Part shown: positions 1 through 12,260 of the stretch, piece after piece
Layout: every line of letters begins with the position of its first letter
Numbering within the stretch: position 1 is the first letter of the stretch
Source: Squalus acanthias
Taxonomy: Eukaryota
Assembly (NCBI GenBank): GCA_030390025.1
Contig: JASTWF010000180.1
Location: 248,001 to 312,000, forward strand
DNA: 64,000 nt
Direction: 5' to 3'
The notes under the pieces: generated by a model
Database searches by the model: none
Told to the model about the DNA's origin: nothing
What the model saw: the letters and a program-made list of their open reading frames with translations, nothing else
Translations under genes and position numbers: made by a program

Positions 1-451
1 TATCACAGCGGGTCAGACACTGACTCGTGACTACATTCCTGTGCGCGCAGACCCCGAGCAGAATCCACATCAAACTCATATAAAACCGTTCACATCGAAT
101 ACTGATTCCGTCTGATTATTGTATTAGCTGTGTGAGGTCAGCATTGGCTGCTGTTTATTTGTGTATCTCTGGGAACTCGCCAGTCCCATTGAGAATAAAC
201 ACACCTGCGGTACTGGATCATGTTATATCGATGCACCGCTGCTTCGGATATAACGCACGGCAAGCGGACAAATAATGATTGGTTTAAAATATCAGTCTAC
301 AGTCTGGACAGAGATAGGTCGGGTGTGGAAGTTCCCAATAATTCTAATAAAGTTAATAAACTATTCTCAATATTAAAGACACTTACACATATAACGTGAA
401 TAATCTTTTATATTCGCAGGTTCCAGGAGGTCACATTCAGGATAAAATTAG

Positions 452-1848
452 AACATAAGAAATAGAAGCAGTAGTAGGTCTTTTGGACTTCGAACCTGCT
501 TCGCCATTCAACAATATCATGGCTGATCTTCTATCTCAACTCTATCATCCCGCACTATCCCCATATCCATTAATTCCCTTCGTTCCCCAAAATTTATCGA
601 CCTCTGTTTTGAATATTCTCAATGACTTAGCATCCACAGCTGTCTGGGGTAGAGAAGTCCAAAGATTCACAACCCTTTGAGTTAAGAAATTTCTCCTCAT
701 CTCAGTCCTAAATGTCCTACCGCTTATTCTGTGACTGTGAGCCCGTGTTCTAGATTCCCCAACCAGGGGAAACATTTTCACAGCATTAACCCTGTCATGC
801 CCCTTTAGCATTTTATACGTTTAAATTAGATCACCTCACATTCTTCTAAACTCTAAGGAATATAGGCCAGTCTACTCAATTTCTCCTTATAGGGCAATTC
901 CCTCAAACCACGAACCAGTCTAATGAACCTTCAGTGCACTCCCTCTAAGGCAAGTATGTCTTTCCGTAGGTAACGAGATCAAAACTGTACGTAGTACTCC
1001 AGGTGTGGCCTCACCAATGCCCTGCATAATTGTACTAAGACTTCTTTACTCTTACAATCAAATCCCTTTGTAACAAAAGCTAACATACCATTTGCTTTCC
1101 CAATTGCTTGCTGTACCTAAGTGTTACCTTTCCGTGATTCATGTACAAGGACACCCAGTGCAAAGATTTGCTAGCCTCTCAAAATTCAAAAAAAATATTC
1201 TGCTTTTTTGTTTTCCCTGCCAAAGTGGATAACTTCACACTTCCCCACGTTGTATTCCATTTCCATTTCTAGCCCACTCAGTCAACCGGTCTCTACCTCT
1301 CTGCAGCCTCTTTGCGTCCTCCTCACAGCTTACTTTCCCGCCTAACTTTGTATCATCAGCAAACTTGGATACGTTACACTCAGTCCCTTCATCTAAGTCA
1401 TTAATATAGATTGTAAGTAGCTGAGGCCAAAGCACTGATCCTTGCGGTACTCCGCTAGTTACAGCCTGCCAACCTGAAAAAGTATCGTTTATTCCTACTC
1501 TGTTTTCTGTACGTTAACCAATCCTCAATCCATGCTAGTGTATTATCCCCAATCCCATGAGTCCTTATTTTATGTAATAACCTCTTGTGTGGCACCATAT
1601 CGAATGCTTTCTGAAAATCCAAATACAGTACATCCACTGGTTTCCCCTTATCCATCATACTAGTTACATCTTCAGAAAACTCTAACAGATTTATCAAATG
1701 CGATTTCCCTTTCATAAATCCATGTTGACTTTGCCTAATCATATTATGATTTTGTAAGTGCCCTAATAATAGTTTCTAGAACTTTTCCCACTACTGATGT
1801 CAGGCTAACTGGCCAACAGTTCCCCGTTTTTTCTCTTCTTCCTTTCTT
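452..1848 (-). mobile_element. CR1-type LINE, 5'-truncated and degenerate (RT region and 3' tail)
   Basis: Minus-strand ORF fragments with QHGFMKGKS, YLDFQKAFD.VPH, KFADDTKLGG and RNFLTQRVVNLW; AACATAAGA-type tail at the left end. Confidence 0.9.
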
Positions 1849-2768
1849 AAATAGCCGATGAACAAACATTAATCGACTAATAATCTGTAGGACAGACGTG
1901 GAGCAGTCTATGCACCAGACAAGATAGTCAGAAGACTGTGACTGTAACTGCTGACTGTGCCGATACACATAATGTGCAGCGCCGCTTGTTTCAAGGTGCA
2001 GGTTAGTGTGACATTACTTTTCTCCTCAAACGTCATTTCAGGAACCGGCTGTTCCACTGTCTCTTGGTTACTCCATTCTGACATAAAACAATAGTAATAG
2101 TGATTATGATCACCATCATCACTTGACTAATAATAACAGCTGTGTTGTAGCAGTCAGGAGGAGAATGGGTTTTCAGTGGGAAGTACATACTGAGAAGTGA
2201 TATAATGATGAGGAGCGGTGCGAGAAGGTTCCGCATGATGGTACCTGAGTTTGTAACTCTGCAGTCCGGAAAATCATCTGTCGGAGCAGAAATACAGATC
2301 CCTGCCCCAATGCACTGCTGGTCCAACCAATGCCAAACAGGAAACAGCGGCAGCAATCTCTCCAATAACACAGGGCAGGAAAGGCGGGTCAGAGCGAGAG
2401 CAGCGAACGGAAGCTGTGGGTCGGACTTGCGCTGACATAAAATTGATCGAATTCAAGGCTCTTTTAAGGCCAGAAAGTGCGGGGCGCCGCTCAGCTGCAC
2501 TCGGAGCTGATGGAGCGGAAAGGGTGATGGTTGGGTCTCGAGAAGTCTGTGGACAAACTGTTCCTGTTCACTCAGCAAGTGACTGGTAATAAATAGAGGT
2601 GGAGGGAAATGAAGGGATTGCACAGCTTCAGAAATAATGACGGAGATTAATCAGCTCTAATCTAGAGTTTTGAGACGCCATATCTGGCACACGTCTTTTT
2701 TAATATGTGGCCAGTAAACCTTAAATCCACTCAATGACCTTATTCTAAATCGGATTGAACAAAATCCG

Positions 2769-2860
2769 CCAGCAGAGGGCGCCAAACTCAAGCATGATAA
2801 TTAGAAAGCCGCGTGATGCAAACTTCAAAGTCAATAACGATCGAAGTCTGAGTGACGTCA
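2769..2860 (+). promoter_or_regulatory. Putative V1 promoter: CTCF-like site (CCAGCAGAGGGCGC, 2769-2782) and CRE decamer (AGTGACGTCA, 2851-2860)
   Basis: Close motif matches 115-205 bp upstream of the leader ATG at 2974; CRE decamers are known TCR V promoter elements. Confidence 0.6.
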
Positions 2861-3013
2861 CAATGGGGCCGGCCCCTGCAGTGTGCGGGTGGAACAATGA
2901 GCTGAACAGGCCCCTGGTTACATCTCTCCTTTTCAATCTCTGCCTCATTCCATTCAAAGAGATTTAATCAGCCATGTTTCTCATAATACTGGCGGCTGTG
3001 ATGTACATTAAGT

Positions 3014-4555
3014 ACATAAGAACATAAGTACAAGCAGGAATAAGCCACTTGGCCCCACGAGCCTGCTTCGCCATTCAATAAGATCATGGCTGATCTTGTG
3101 CTCAAAGCCACTTCCCCGCCCGCTTCATAGAAACATAGAATCTAGGAGCAGGAGTAGGCCATTCGGCCCGTCGAGCCTGCTCTACCATTCAATACGATCA
3201 TGGCTGATCATCCAAATCCAGTACCCTGTCCCTGCTTTAATCCCCACAGTACACATATCCCACCCTACCCCCGTAACCCCACGTATTTAATTCCCCCTAA
3301 CATATCCCATCCTATCCCCATAACCCCACATATTTAATCCCCCCCCTAACACTAAGGGTCAATTTATCATAGCCAAATCAACCTAACCCGCACATTTTTG
3401 GACTGTGGGAGGAAACCGGAGCACCCGGAGGAAACCCACGCAGACACGGGGAGAAGGTGCAAACTCCACACAGACAGTCACCCGAGGTCAGTATCGAACC
3501 CGGGTCTCTGGCTCTGGTGCTAACCACTATGCCACCGTGTTGCTTCCTATAACCCTTCACTCCATTATCTTGCAAAAATTTGTCTATCTCCACCTTAAAT
3601 GTATTTAATGATCGAGCCGCCACAGCGCTCTGGGGCAGAGAATTTTCCACAGATTTACGACCCTCTGAGAGAAGAAATTCCTCCTCATTTCAGTTCTAAA
3701 AGGGCGACCCTTTATTGTAAAACTGTGCCCGCGCGTTCTAGATTTTCCCGTGAGGGGAAACATCCTCTCTGCATCTACTTTGTCGTGCCTCCTCAGTATC
3801 TTAAATGTTTCAATACGATCACCTCTCATTCTTCTAAATTCCAATGAGCATAGGCCCAGCCTGCTCAACCTTTCCTCATAAGTCAACTCCCTGATCTCGG
3901 GAATTAACGTAGCGAACCGTCTCTGAACTGCCTCCAATGCAAGTATATCCTTACTTAAATAAGGAGACCAAAACTATACGCAGTACTCAAGGTGTGGTCT
4001 CACCAATACCCTGTACAGTTGTAGCAGGACTTCCCTGCATTTATACTCCAACTCCTTTGAAATAAAGGTCAACATTCCATTTGCCTTTTTGATTACTTGC
4101 TGTACCTGCATGCTAACTTTTTGTGTTTCATGCACAAGGACCCCCAGGTCCCTCTGAACTGTAGCATTTTGTAATCTCTCTCCATTTAAATAATAATTTG
4201 CTTTTTTATTTTTCCTGCCAAAGTGAATAATCTCGCACATTCCCACATTATACTCCATCTGCCAAATGTTTTCCCACTCACTTAGCCTGCCTATATCCCT
4301 TTGCAGGTTCTTTGAGTCATCTGCACAACTTGCTTTCCCACCCATCTTTGTATCATCCGCAAACTTGGCTACATTACACTCGGTCCGTTCATCCAAGTCA
4401 TTAATGTAGATTGTAAATAGTTGAGGCCCCAGCACTGATCCCTGTGGCACCCCACTAGTTACCGTTTGCCAACTGGAAAATGATCCATTTATCCTGACTC
4501 TCTGCTTTCTGTTAGTTAGCCAATTCTCTATACATGATAATATATTACCCCCAAT
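3014..4555 (-). mobile_element. CR1 LINE fragment inside the V1 intron, carrying a nested SINE
   Basis: PQGSVLGPQLFTIYINDLD..KFADDTK..RPHLEYCV ORF (3974-4450) and 3' ORF (3605-3937). Confidence 0.9.
3127..3545 (-). mobile_element. HE1-like V-SINE (tRNA-derived, elasmobranch type)
   Basis: V-domain sequence GGGAGGAAACCGGAGCACCCGGAGGAAACCCACGCAGACACGGGGAGAA, tRNA-like B box, LINE-like tail at 3127-3250. Confidence 0.75.
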
Positions 4556-5029
4556 TACTGGATTATATTTAAAAAACAGAGGTCAGAAGACTGATGCAAA
4601 GTGTTTGTGCAAGGAACCAGAAATATCCATATGAAGGACAGTTGGGTACATGGGCGGCCACACACACTCACACAGATAGACGCAAGTTTAAATCGATCCT
4701 GATCAACCTCCTGTTCTTCTGTTCCCCTATCTTCTCAGGCGGACTATGTGCAGATCACTCACTCAGTCTCCGGTGACAATTGCCGTGTCAGCAGGATGTT
4801 TAGTGCAGTTAGATTGCGAATATACAACCCTGGATATTGACAGCACGCAATGGTACCGACATAACCCGGCACAGCCTCCATCCGGATAATTAACAAAGTA
4901 GCAGTACTGATCGGAGTCGAAATCGCAGGACAATATCCGGCAGCTATTGACAAGTCTAGAATGTAAGGTTACCTCAATATAAGCGGCCTGAGTTTGGGAG
5001 ACGGGGCGGTCTATTACTGTGCATTGAGG

Positions 5030-5068
5030 CACCGCGTCAGATAAAAGCAAAGGCCCCGTACACAAACC
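5030..5068 (+). other. 23-RSS of V1
   Basis: CACCGCG + 23 bp + ACACAAACC. Confidence 0.9.
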
Positions 5069-5382
5069 TCAGCAAGAATTTACAGCTCCATTGGGTCTGG
5101 ATGGAAACAGTTAGCCGGCCTTTGGTGAGCTGCCATCGGGTTAGCGAGTCATCAGTCACACTCTTTTCACCAATAACCTGCTGATGGTCTGTATCTCAAA
5201 CGGGAATATTGACTCAAATTCAAACAGCCTGCGTGAGACGAGGTTACAGGGAACACCTTCAACCGGCCATTGTTTACAACTATTTTCCAATATTACAAGC
5301 GTAACTTTACATCCTCTTATTTCTTTCTGTTGTTCAATTTTTCCATATAATTATCTCTCATATACATATGCATCTCTTCACT

Positions 5383-5419
5383 TCACCTGACGAAGGAGCA
5401 GCGCTCCGAAAGCTTGTGA
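5383..5419 (+). ncRNA. Minimal type I hammerhead ribozyme in a solo Penelope pLTR fragment (~5370-5507)
   Basis: TCAC-CTGACGA-A-GGAGC-AGC-GCTCC-GAAA-GCTT-GTGA: core, stem II, stem I (TCAC/GTGA), palindromic stem III; same sequence ends the Penelope element at 42986. Confidence 0.75.
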
Positions 5420-5507
5420 TTTCAAATAAATCTGTTGGACTGTAACCTGGTGTTGTGCGACTTCTCACATTTGTCCACCCCAGTCCAACACCGGCATCTC
5501 CACATCA

Positions 5508-5575
5508 TACATATATATATATATATATATATCTGTGTGTGTGTGTGTGTGTGTGTGTGATTGAGAGAGATAGAG
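5508..5575. repeat. (AT)n/(GT)n/(GA)n microsatellite
   Basis: Direct reading. Confidence 0.9.
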
Positions 5576-6305
5576 ACAACCACACAGAGCGCGCACACAC
5601 GCACAACACTCTGAGCAATTTTCGAGGACCAAACGGCTGCATTATCTCTCTGTACATGGTTGCAAATCTTCTGTAGGACACAGCCTTCCTTTCTAAATAG
5701 TGACTCACAAAAAGAATGGATATTTAGCTGAAACGGAGAAATGTAGAAGGCTATAGGGAAACAGCAGTGCAGTGGCACAAAACAAAGACACGATGGGCCG
5801 AATGGCCTCCTTCTTTGTTGTATGATTTCAGGAATGAGTAGAGAACTAAAGTTAAAGAGACACTTGGAGGCGACTTTGACCCAGGAGAACGGTCATCGTG
5901 TAGTTTCAGGCTCTGACCACTTGGTGGCTCCGTGGAGCGAAGTTCTGTCGTCTCGCGCTCGCTATTTGCTGTTTAACATCATATTGAGTCTCTTCGCGCT
6001 CTCTGAATGAACCTTAAAGAAGTTAAGTTGTTCAAAAATAACCAGTTTCTGATTCCATAGAAACACCGACCAGAGGAATCTACATTGAAACATTTCGGAT
6101 GTTGCTGCACACACAGTGATCAAAACAATTCTCCCCGCTCGCTGATGGTGTGACAATGTCACAAACGGATGTGACATAGTTACAGAGTCACTTCCCTTTC
6201 TATGCCTGTCACGGGGTTCAATAGTTCAGCCTGCTTCGGTACTGGTGACAGTTTTTGCCACAGTAGTGAAGGGGTCGATGCTCATATTGTGACCCAAGGA
6301 CAGCG

Positions 6306-6723
6306 ATGTGCTTTCCTGGTTGTTTCAGCGTGGTGTTGGCGCTCTCTGTTCTGTGTAAGTACATGTGGAATCCGAGCAGAAAAGACAAAAATAGGCCCGG
6401 TTAGTGGGTCGGATATTTGTAAATGTTCAATTTATCTTCCAGCCAACAGCATCAAGACCGGGACGGTGAGGGAAGGAGAAACGGTGACGCTGAATTGTAG
6501 TTTTACAACAACATATACAAACCCTTAGCTTTTCTGGTACCGGCAACTTCCCGGTCTGGCCCCAGTAAACGTGTTGTTTATCAACAAATACAACATGTTT
6601 CCCAGCCGAATTCGCCAAGGACACTTTCACAGCAGAGCTGAGCGCAGAGGAGAGCGCGGTTCGGCTGAGAGTTTCTGGGGCGGCGCTGTCAGACGGCGCC
6701 GTGTATTACTGCGCTCTGAGACC
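6306..6723 (+). pseudogene. TRAV/DV: TCR alpha/delta-type V segment V2, pseudogene
   Basis: Leader 6306-6354 (MCFPGCFSVVLALSVL, GTAAGT donor). V exon from 6443: EGETVTLNCSF..NP*LFWYRQLPG..; TAG at 6526-6528 and a frameshift near 6607, then EFAKDTFTAEL...LSDGAVYYCALR. Confidence 0.9.
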
Positions 6724-6762
6724 CACAGTTGCACAACTCTGTGCCAGTCCTGTACAAAAACT
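6724..6762 (+). other. 23-RSS of V2
   Basis: CACAGTT + 23 bp + ACAAAAACT. Confidence 0.92.
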
Positions 6763-7699
6763 GCAGCACACCGCTTGTACATACAACAGTGTGTGGCAGG
6801 AATACCCGCCTGTGATGATCTGATTAGGACACTTACTGTCAGGACATATTATCCCCACAGGACAGCTCCCAACAGCTCTGAATAGAGGAATAGGGTTTTA
6901 GATTTCATTCACTCTATAATGAGTGGTGAACAGGAGGAAACCCGCGCAGATTTAATAGGCCAACGGAGCGTGTAATGTGTGTTCAATTTCAAGTTTCCCT
7001 CTTCACTGCCGCTGTATTTTTTTCATTTTCACACCCCTTAAACCAGCACAGAAGTGTGAAGCTTGGCTTAGGTTTGGGTTTATGTTCAATGGGCTCTAAA
7101 CCGTCCCTTTTTGAGCGTTTGTTTAATTTTTGTTGATGTCCGCCGGCTCATTCATTTCATTCTTCTGTAACATACTACACTGAACTATCCAACCGTCGGG
7201 TATATTCCCTCTGCTCGCTACTTCTAGTGACATAGTGAACGCATTCTAACAGAATGAATGACGATTCTACTAAACTAGCGATCAGACGAGATTTCCCGCT
7301 GTGTTTGGGATGTCGCTAACACAGGGAGACCAGAGAACATCCTTCCCCTTGTTTGTCCCCAGCAGAAGGTTAATAAATACCGATCTCCTGTCAACCACCT
7401 CAGCCTGATTACTGACAGTGAGTGAAACAAACTGAAAATCTTCATCTACATTCAAATAGTTTTGTCACTTTGAAACTACTTTCCTCAGAGATCAAACTGT
7501 CTCTCAGGTCAATTAGAAGTCACGCTGTCTCTTGTGTCAATTGGAGAGCAAACTGTCTCGGGTCAGTTAGCGATCAAGATGTCTCTCAGAACAATTATAA
7601 ATTCAGCTGTCTCTTTTTATTATTATTTCTCGTTCTAATCAGCAGAATGTAACGTTAGTGGATGACTCAGCTCTCTGCAATAAACACATACTTGTGGTT

Positions 7700-7885
7700 A
7701 AGGGTAATGACGTCAGACCAGACCCAGCCGGCGCTCTCAGCTCTTTCTGATTGAAGTTCTGCAGGAAGTGACGTCAGACCAGCCCCATCCCGTGCTCTCA
7801 GTTTTTCTGATTGATGTTCTGCAGGAAATGAGGTCAAACCAGCCCCAGCCGGCGCTCTCGGCTTTATCGATTTGACGTTCTGCAA
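7700..7885 (+). promoter_or_regulatory. V3 promoter built from three ~60-bp tandem units with CRE and ETS-like motifs
   Basis: TGACGTCA at 7708 and 7769, TGAGGTCA at 7829; CAGGAAGTG/CAGGAAATG overlapping the second and third; directly upstream of the ATG at 7930. Confidence 0.65.
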
Positions 7886-7929
7886 GTTTCTGAGACACGA
7901 AAAGTCGCTCGAATTACAAAGCAGCAACC

Positions 7930-8994
7930 ATGCAGCTCTCCTTTCTCGCTCTGGTCTGGCTGACGTTGATTTTCGGTAAGAAGTTTTTAACTTCTGAAAG
8001 GGTTTCATTTCCCGAGGGATACAACTGAAAACCAGAGAAGCTGTGTTAGCCTTTGGTTAGACAATACTTGTACCGTGAACACGTCTGGTCTCCATGTTAT
8101 AAAAAATAAATAGCGGCACTGGAGAAGGTTCAAGAAAATTACAAGGATGATACAAGAACTGAGAAATTATAACTATCAGCAAAGACTAAGCAAGCTGGGG
8201 CTCTTTTCTTTAGAAAAGAGAAGGCTGAGAGGTAACCTGATAGAGATCTTTAAAATTATAAAGGGATTGATAGGATAGACGTAGAGAATATGTTTTCACT
8301 TGTGGGGAATTCCAAAACTAGGGGCTAGAAATATAAGATAATCACAAAAAATCCAATAGCGAATTTTGGAGAAACATCTTTACTCAGAGAGTGGTGAGAA
8401 TGTGGAACTCGTTACCACAGGGGGTGGTTGAGACGAATAGCAAAGATACATTTAAGGGGAGGCTGGATAAGAACATGAGGCAGAAAGGAGCAGAAAGATA
8501 TGCTGATAGCGTTAGATGAGGGGTGGGTGGGAGTATACACACGGACAGAGAACAGTTGGCCGAATGACCTATTTGTGTGCAGTAAATTCTATTGAATTTT
8601 ATGTAAAACTCGCTGCGCATTTTCACCGTTAGTTGGTTCAGTTTGACCCTTTAATCGATGATTTCCGCTTTCTTTAACCGTGTGTTCCAGATCTGAGCGA
8701 TGGAGATTCTGTTACTCAGCGGGAGCCCTCGCTCACACAGACAGAGGGAGAAGATGCCACTTTAACCTGCACCTATTCCGCCGATGGTTATTACTTATTC
8801 TGGTACCGCCAATACCCAGGCAGACAGCCCGAGTTTGCAGTCCGGAGGTACACGGACGGCGGTTATGAATATCAGGCGGATTTCGCTCAAGTCCGGTTTT
8901 ATGATGAAGTCCAGCGGTCAGAGAAGTTGTACCAATTGACCATCTCGGGTCTGCGGCTGACTGACACCGCGGTGTATTACTGTGCACTGAGGCT
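7930..8994 (+). CDS. TRAV/DV: TCR alpha/delta-type V segment V3, apparently functional (exons 7930-7975 and 8691-8994)
   Basis: Leader MQLSFLALVWLTLIF + GTAAG; acceptor at 8689-8690; open exon DLSDGDSVTQREPSLTQTEGEDATLTCTYSADGYYLFWYRQYPGRQPEFAVRRYTDGGYEYQADFAQVRFYDEVQRSEKLYQLTISGLRLTDTAVYYCALR; consensus heptamer. Confidence 0.93.
8075..8605 (+). mobile_element. CR1 3' fragment in the V3 intron
   Basis: Degenerate match to the CR1 3' end seen elsewhere in the window (TTTACTCAGAGAGTGGTGAGAATGTGGAACTC). Confidence 0.8.
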
Positions 8995-9033
8995 CACAGT
9001 GATGGGAACGAGCTAAAGCCTCGTACAATAACT
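8995..9033 (+). other. 23-RSS of V3
   Basis: CACAGTG + 23 bp + ACAATAACT. Confidence 0.95.
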
Positions 9034-9589
9034 GCCGCAGGTTTCTGGGTCACAGCTGCTGTCTGTTGTGGGCTGTTTATCACAGCGGGTCAGACACTGT
9101 CTCCTGAATACATTCCTGTGCGCGCAGACCCCGATCAGAATCCACATAAAACTCATACCAAACCGTTCACATCGAATACTGATTCCGTCTGATGATTGCA
9201 TTAATTGTGTGAGGGCAGAAATGGCTGCTGTTTATTTGTGTATCTCAGGGAACTCGCCAGTCCCATTGAGAATAAACACACCTGCATTTGTATATATCGA
9301 TCATATATTTATTATTACTAAAAGTAAATATATATTAGAATTAACAGCAGATGATCTAATCATAAATATAGGGTCCAGCTCAGCCTCGCCCCTGATCGCT
9401 ATATCCTTGTAGAGAATACGTCTCGCCTTCACACTGAGGACACCCTCCATCATACCGTGTGCCACTACCAGCATGTTCAGTGGGATAAAATTAGAAAGAG
9501 TCTAGCGCTACCACATCTGGAAGAACAGCTTAGATCAAAGCTCTGCAACCCTGTCATATCCAGTCCTGAATGGTGGTGAAAAATTAAAC

Positions 9590-11100
9590 AATTTCCCCAT
9601 AGCCCTGCAAATGTCACCTTTCCAAGTACATATCCCTTTTGAAAGTGACTATTGAATCTGCCTCCACCACAGTTTCACAGAGTAAATTCCAGATCATAAC
9701 AACTCGTTGTGATAAAAAAAATTCTCGTCTCCCACATCGTTCTCCTTATTTATTCTATTAAAACCCCTCATAATTTGAACACCTGTACTAAACCTTCACT
9801 TAATGTTTTGTGTTGTAAGGAAAACAACCTCAGCTTCTCCAATCTCTCCACCTGACTGAAATCCCTCATCCCTGATGTCATTATGTTAAATACGCACCAC
9901 TCAAGTGCCAGACAATGACCAGCACCAAGTTAGAGTCCAAACCACCTCCACTTCAGATTCAATGGCATTTCCATCTCCGAATCAGCCACCATGAACATCT
10001 AACGGGTCGCCATTGATGACAAACTCAACTGGAACAACCACTTAAATGTAGGTGTTACCAGAGCAGGTCAGAGGCTGGGTATTCTGTGGTGAGTGGCTCA
10101 CCTCCTGACTGACCAAAGCCTGTCCGCCACCTATAAGACACAAGTCAAGAGTGTGAAGTAATACTCTCTGTAGACATACCTAACACAAAGGAAGATGGTT
10201 GTGGTTGTTGGCGGTCAATCATCTCAGCCCCAGGACATCGCTGCAGGAGTTCCTCGGGGGAGTGTCCTAGTCCCAAGTATCTTCAGCTGCTTCATCAATG
10301 CAACAAGACCTGGACGACGTTCAGGCTTGTGCTAATAAGTGGCAGGTAACATTCGCGCCATACAAATGCCACACAATGACTATCTCCAACAAGCGAGCGT
10401 CTAACCACCGCCCCTTGACTGTCAACGGCATTACCATCGCCGAATCCCCCGCCATCAACATTCTGGAATCACCATTGATCAGAAACTTAACTGGATCAGC
10501 CACATAACTACTGTAGCAACAAGAACAGGTCAGAGGCTAGTGTCTCACCTTCTGACTTCCCAAAGTCTTTCCAACATCTACAAGGCAAAAGTCAGGAGTG
10601 TGATGGAATACTCTCCACTTGCCTGGATGAGTGCAGCTGCAACAACACACAAGAAGCTCGACACCATCCAGGACAAAGCAGCCCGCTTGCTTGGCACCCC
10701 ATCCACCTACCTTAAAGATTCACTCCCTCCATCACCAGCGCACTGTGGCTGCAGTGTGTACCATCTGCCAGATGCACTGCAGCAACTCTCCAAGGCTTCT
10801 TCGGCAGCACCTCTCAAACCTGTACGATCTAGAAGGACAAGGGCAGGAGGCGCATGGGAACAACATCACCTGCATGTTCCCCTGCAAGTCACACACCATC
10901 CTGACTTGGAAACAAATCACCTTTCCTTCATCGTCGCTGGGTCAAAATCCTGGAACTCCCTCCCTAACAGCACTGTGGGAGTACCTTCTCCACTAGGACT
11001 GCATCAGTTCCAGAAGGCGGCTCACCACCACCTTCTCAAGGGCAATTAGGGATGGGCAATAAATGCTGGCCTTGCCAGCGACATCTCAGGAACGAATAAA
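9590..11100 (+). mobile_element. LINE fragments: short minus-strand CR1 piece, then two pieces of a second (L2/CR1-group) LINE family
   Basis: MEYSPLAWMSAA..KKLDTIQDKAARL ORF and 3' end CACCACCTTCTCAAGGGCAATTAGGGATGGGCAATAAATGCTGGCC, which recurs at 36580, 40048 and 57466. Confidence 0.8.
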
Positions 11101-11859
11101 GACAGAGGGAGGACAGATGGGTAAGACCCTAATAATTCTAATAATTTTATTGAACTTTTCTCAATATTAATGACACTTACACATATTAAACCTAAGTATC
11201 TACAATAAAAGTAGGTTCTAACACGTCATAATCTGGACAAGATTAGAACCTGCTGAACAGACATTAATGGAACAATAAAGTGTAGGAATGCACAAGATGC
11301 GTTCTAGGCTCCGGGCCAGATAGTCAGGAGAACAACTGAATACAAACGACTGAAAAAGTATTAGAAAAGGTGAGATAATGAGGTACTAACCGTGAAAAGA
11401 AGAATCGACAAAGAATAGATAACATCGTGCAGACTCACTAAAGAGAATTGTAACATTTACAAGGTGACCTCATGCGTTAACGTGTTACATATTAATCAAA
11501 AATAACCAGAACGTGTTGACACGTTATCATCACGTTAGCAACACGTTATTAAAACTATCGAAGGTACGACACACAAAAGCTAAGGGGAATTTCAACTTCT
11601 AGCATTGACCACTCTAGTAATATTAAAACTAAAATCTTCGAACTTTCCCTGGTGAGTCCTCCCTTCACCATCTGTCTGTACCAGTAATCGCATGGTCACT
11701 GTAGGTAGTGACACGTGCAATATGAATGAAAACCTTAATTCAGACGTTTCAGAGTTTCCTAGTTTATGAGCTTGTTCAACGGGTTCTGGATACGGACTAT
11801 ACTGTAAAAACCCAAATGCATATTTGGCCTATTATGGGGCAAAAACCTCATACTTTCCA

Positions 11860-12260
11860 CTTACCGAATGGATGCAGCTGCAGCAACACTCAAGAATTCA
11901 GGTGCCCAGAATTAGACGTAATACTTTGGCTGGGGTCTAACAAATGCTTTACTGAAGTTTAACTTAACTTCCTTCCTTTTGTACTCTATGCCTCGATTTC
12001 TAAAGCAAAGGAATTTGTTTGCCTTTTTAAGAGCCATCTCAGCTTGTCCTGCCACTCTCAAAATGTTGTGCACGTGCATCCCCAGGGCACTCTGTTCCTG
12101 CACCCGCTTTAAAATTGTACCAATTAGTTTAATTTGCTTCTCCTCGTGCTTCCTTCCAAAATGCATCACTTCACCCCACTTCACTGCTGTTAAATTGCAA
12201 CATGTGACACCTGACACCGAATGGCCTACTCCTGCTCCTATATTCTATGTTTCCTATCTT
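11860..12260 (-). mobile_element. CR1 fragment
   Basis: EVMHFGRK...RGIEYK...VRPQPKYYV. Confidence 0.8.

Larger units (their letters stand above)
2974..5029 (+). pseudogene. TRAV/DV: TCR alpha/delta-type V segment V1, pseudogene
   Basis: Probable leader 2974-3007 (MFLIILAAVMY; donor reads TTAAGT instead of GTAAGT). LINE-filled intron. V exon 4739-5029: TQSPVTIAVSAGCLVQLDCEY...WYRH...LNISGLSLGDGAVYYCALR with two frameshifts and an in-frame TAA; followed by a 23-RSS. Confidence 0.85.

Noticed and set aside
2150-2560. GC-richer, exon-looking stretch (similarly 38780-39060)
   Set aside because: No recognisable domain, splice structure or sustained frame
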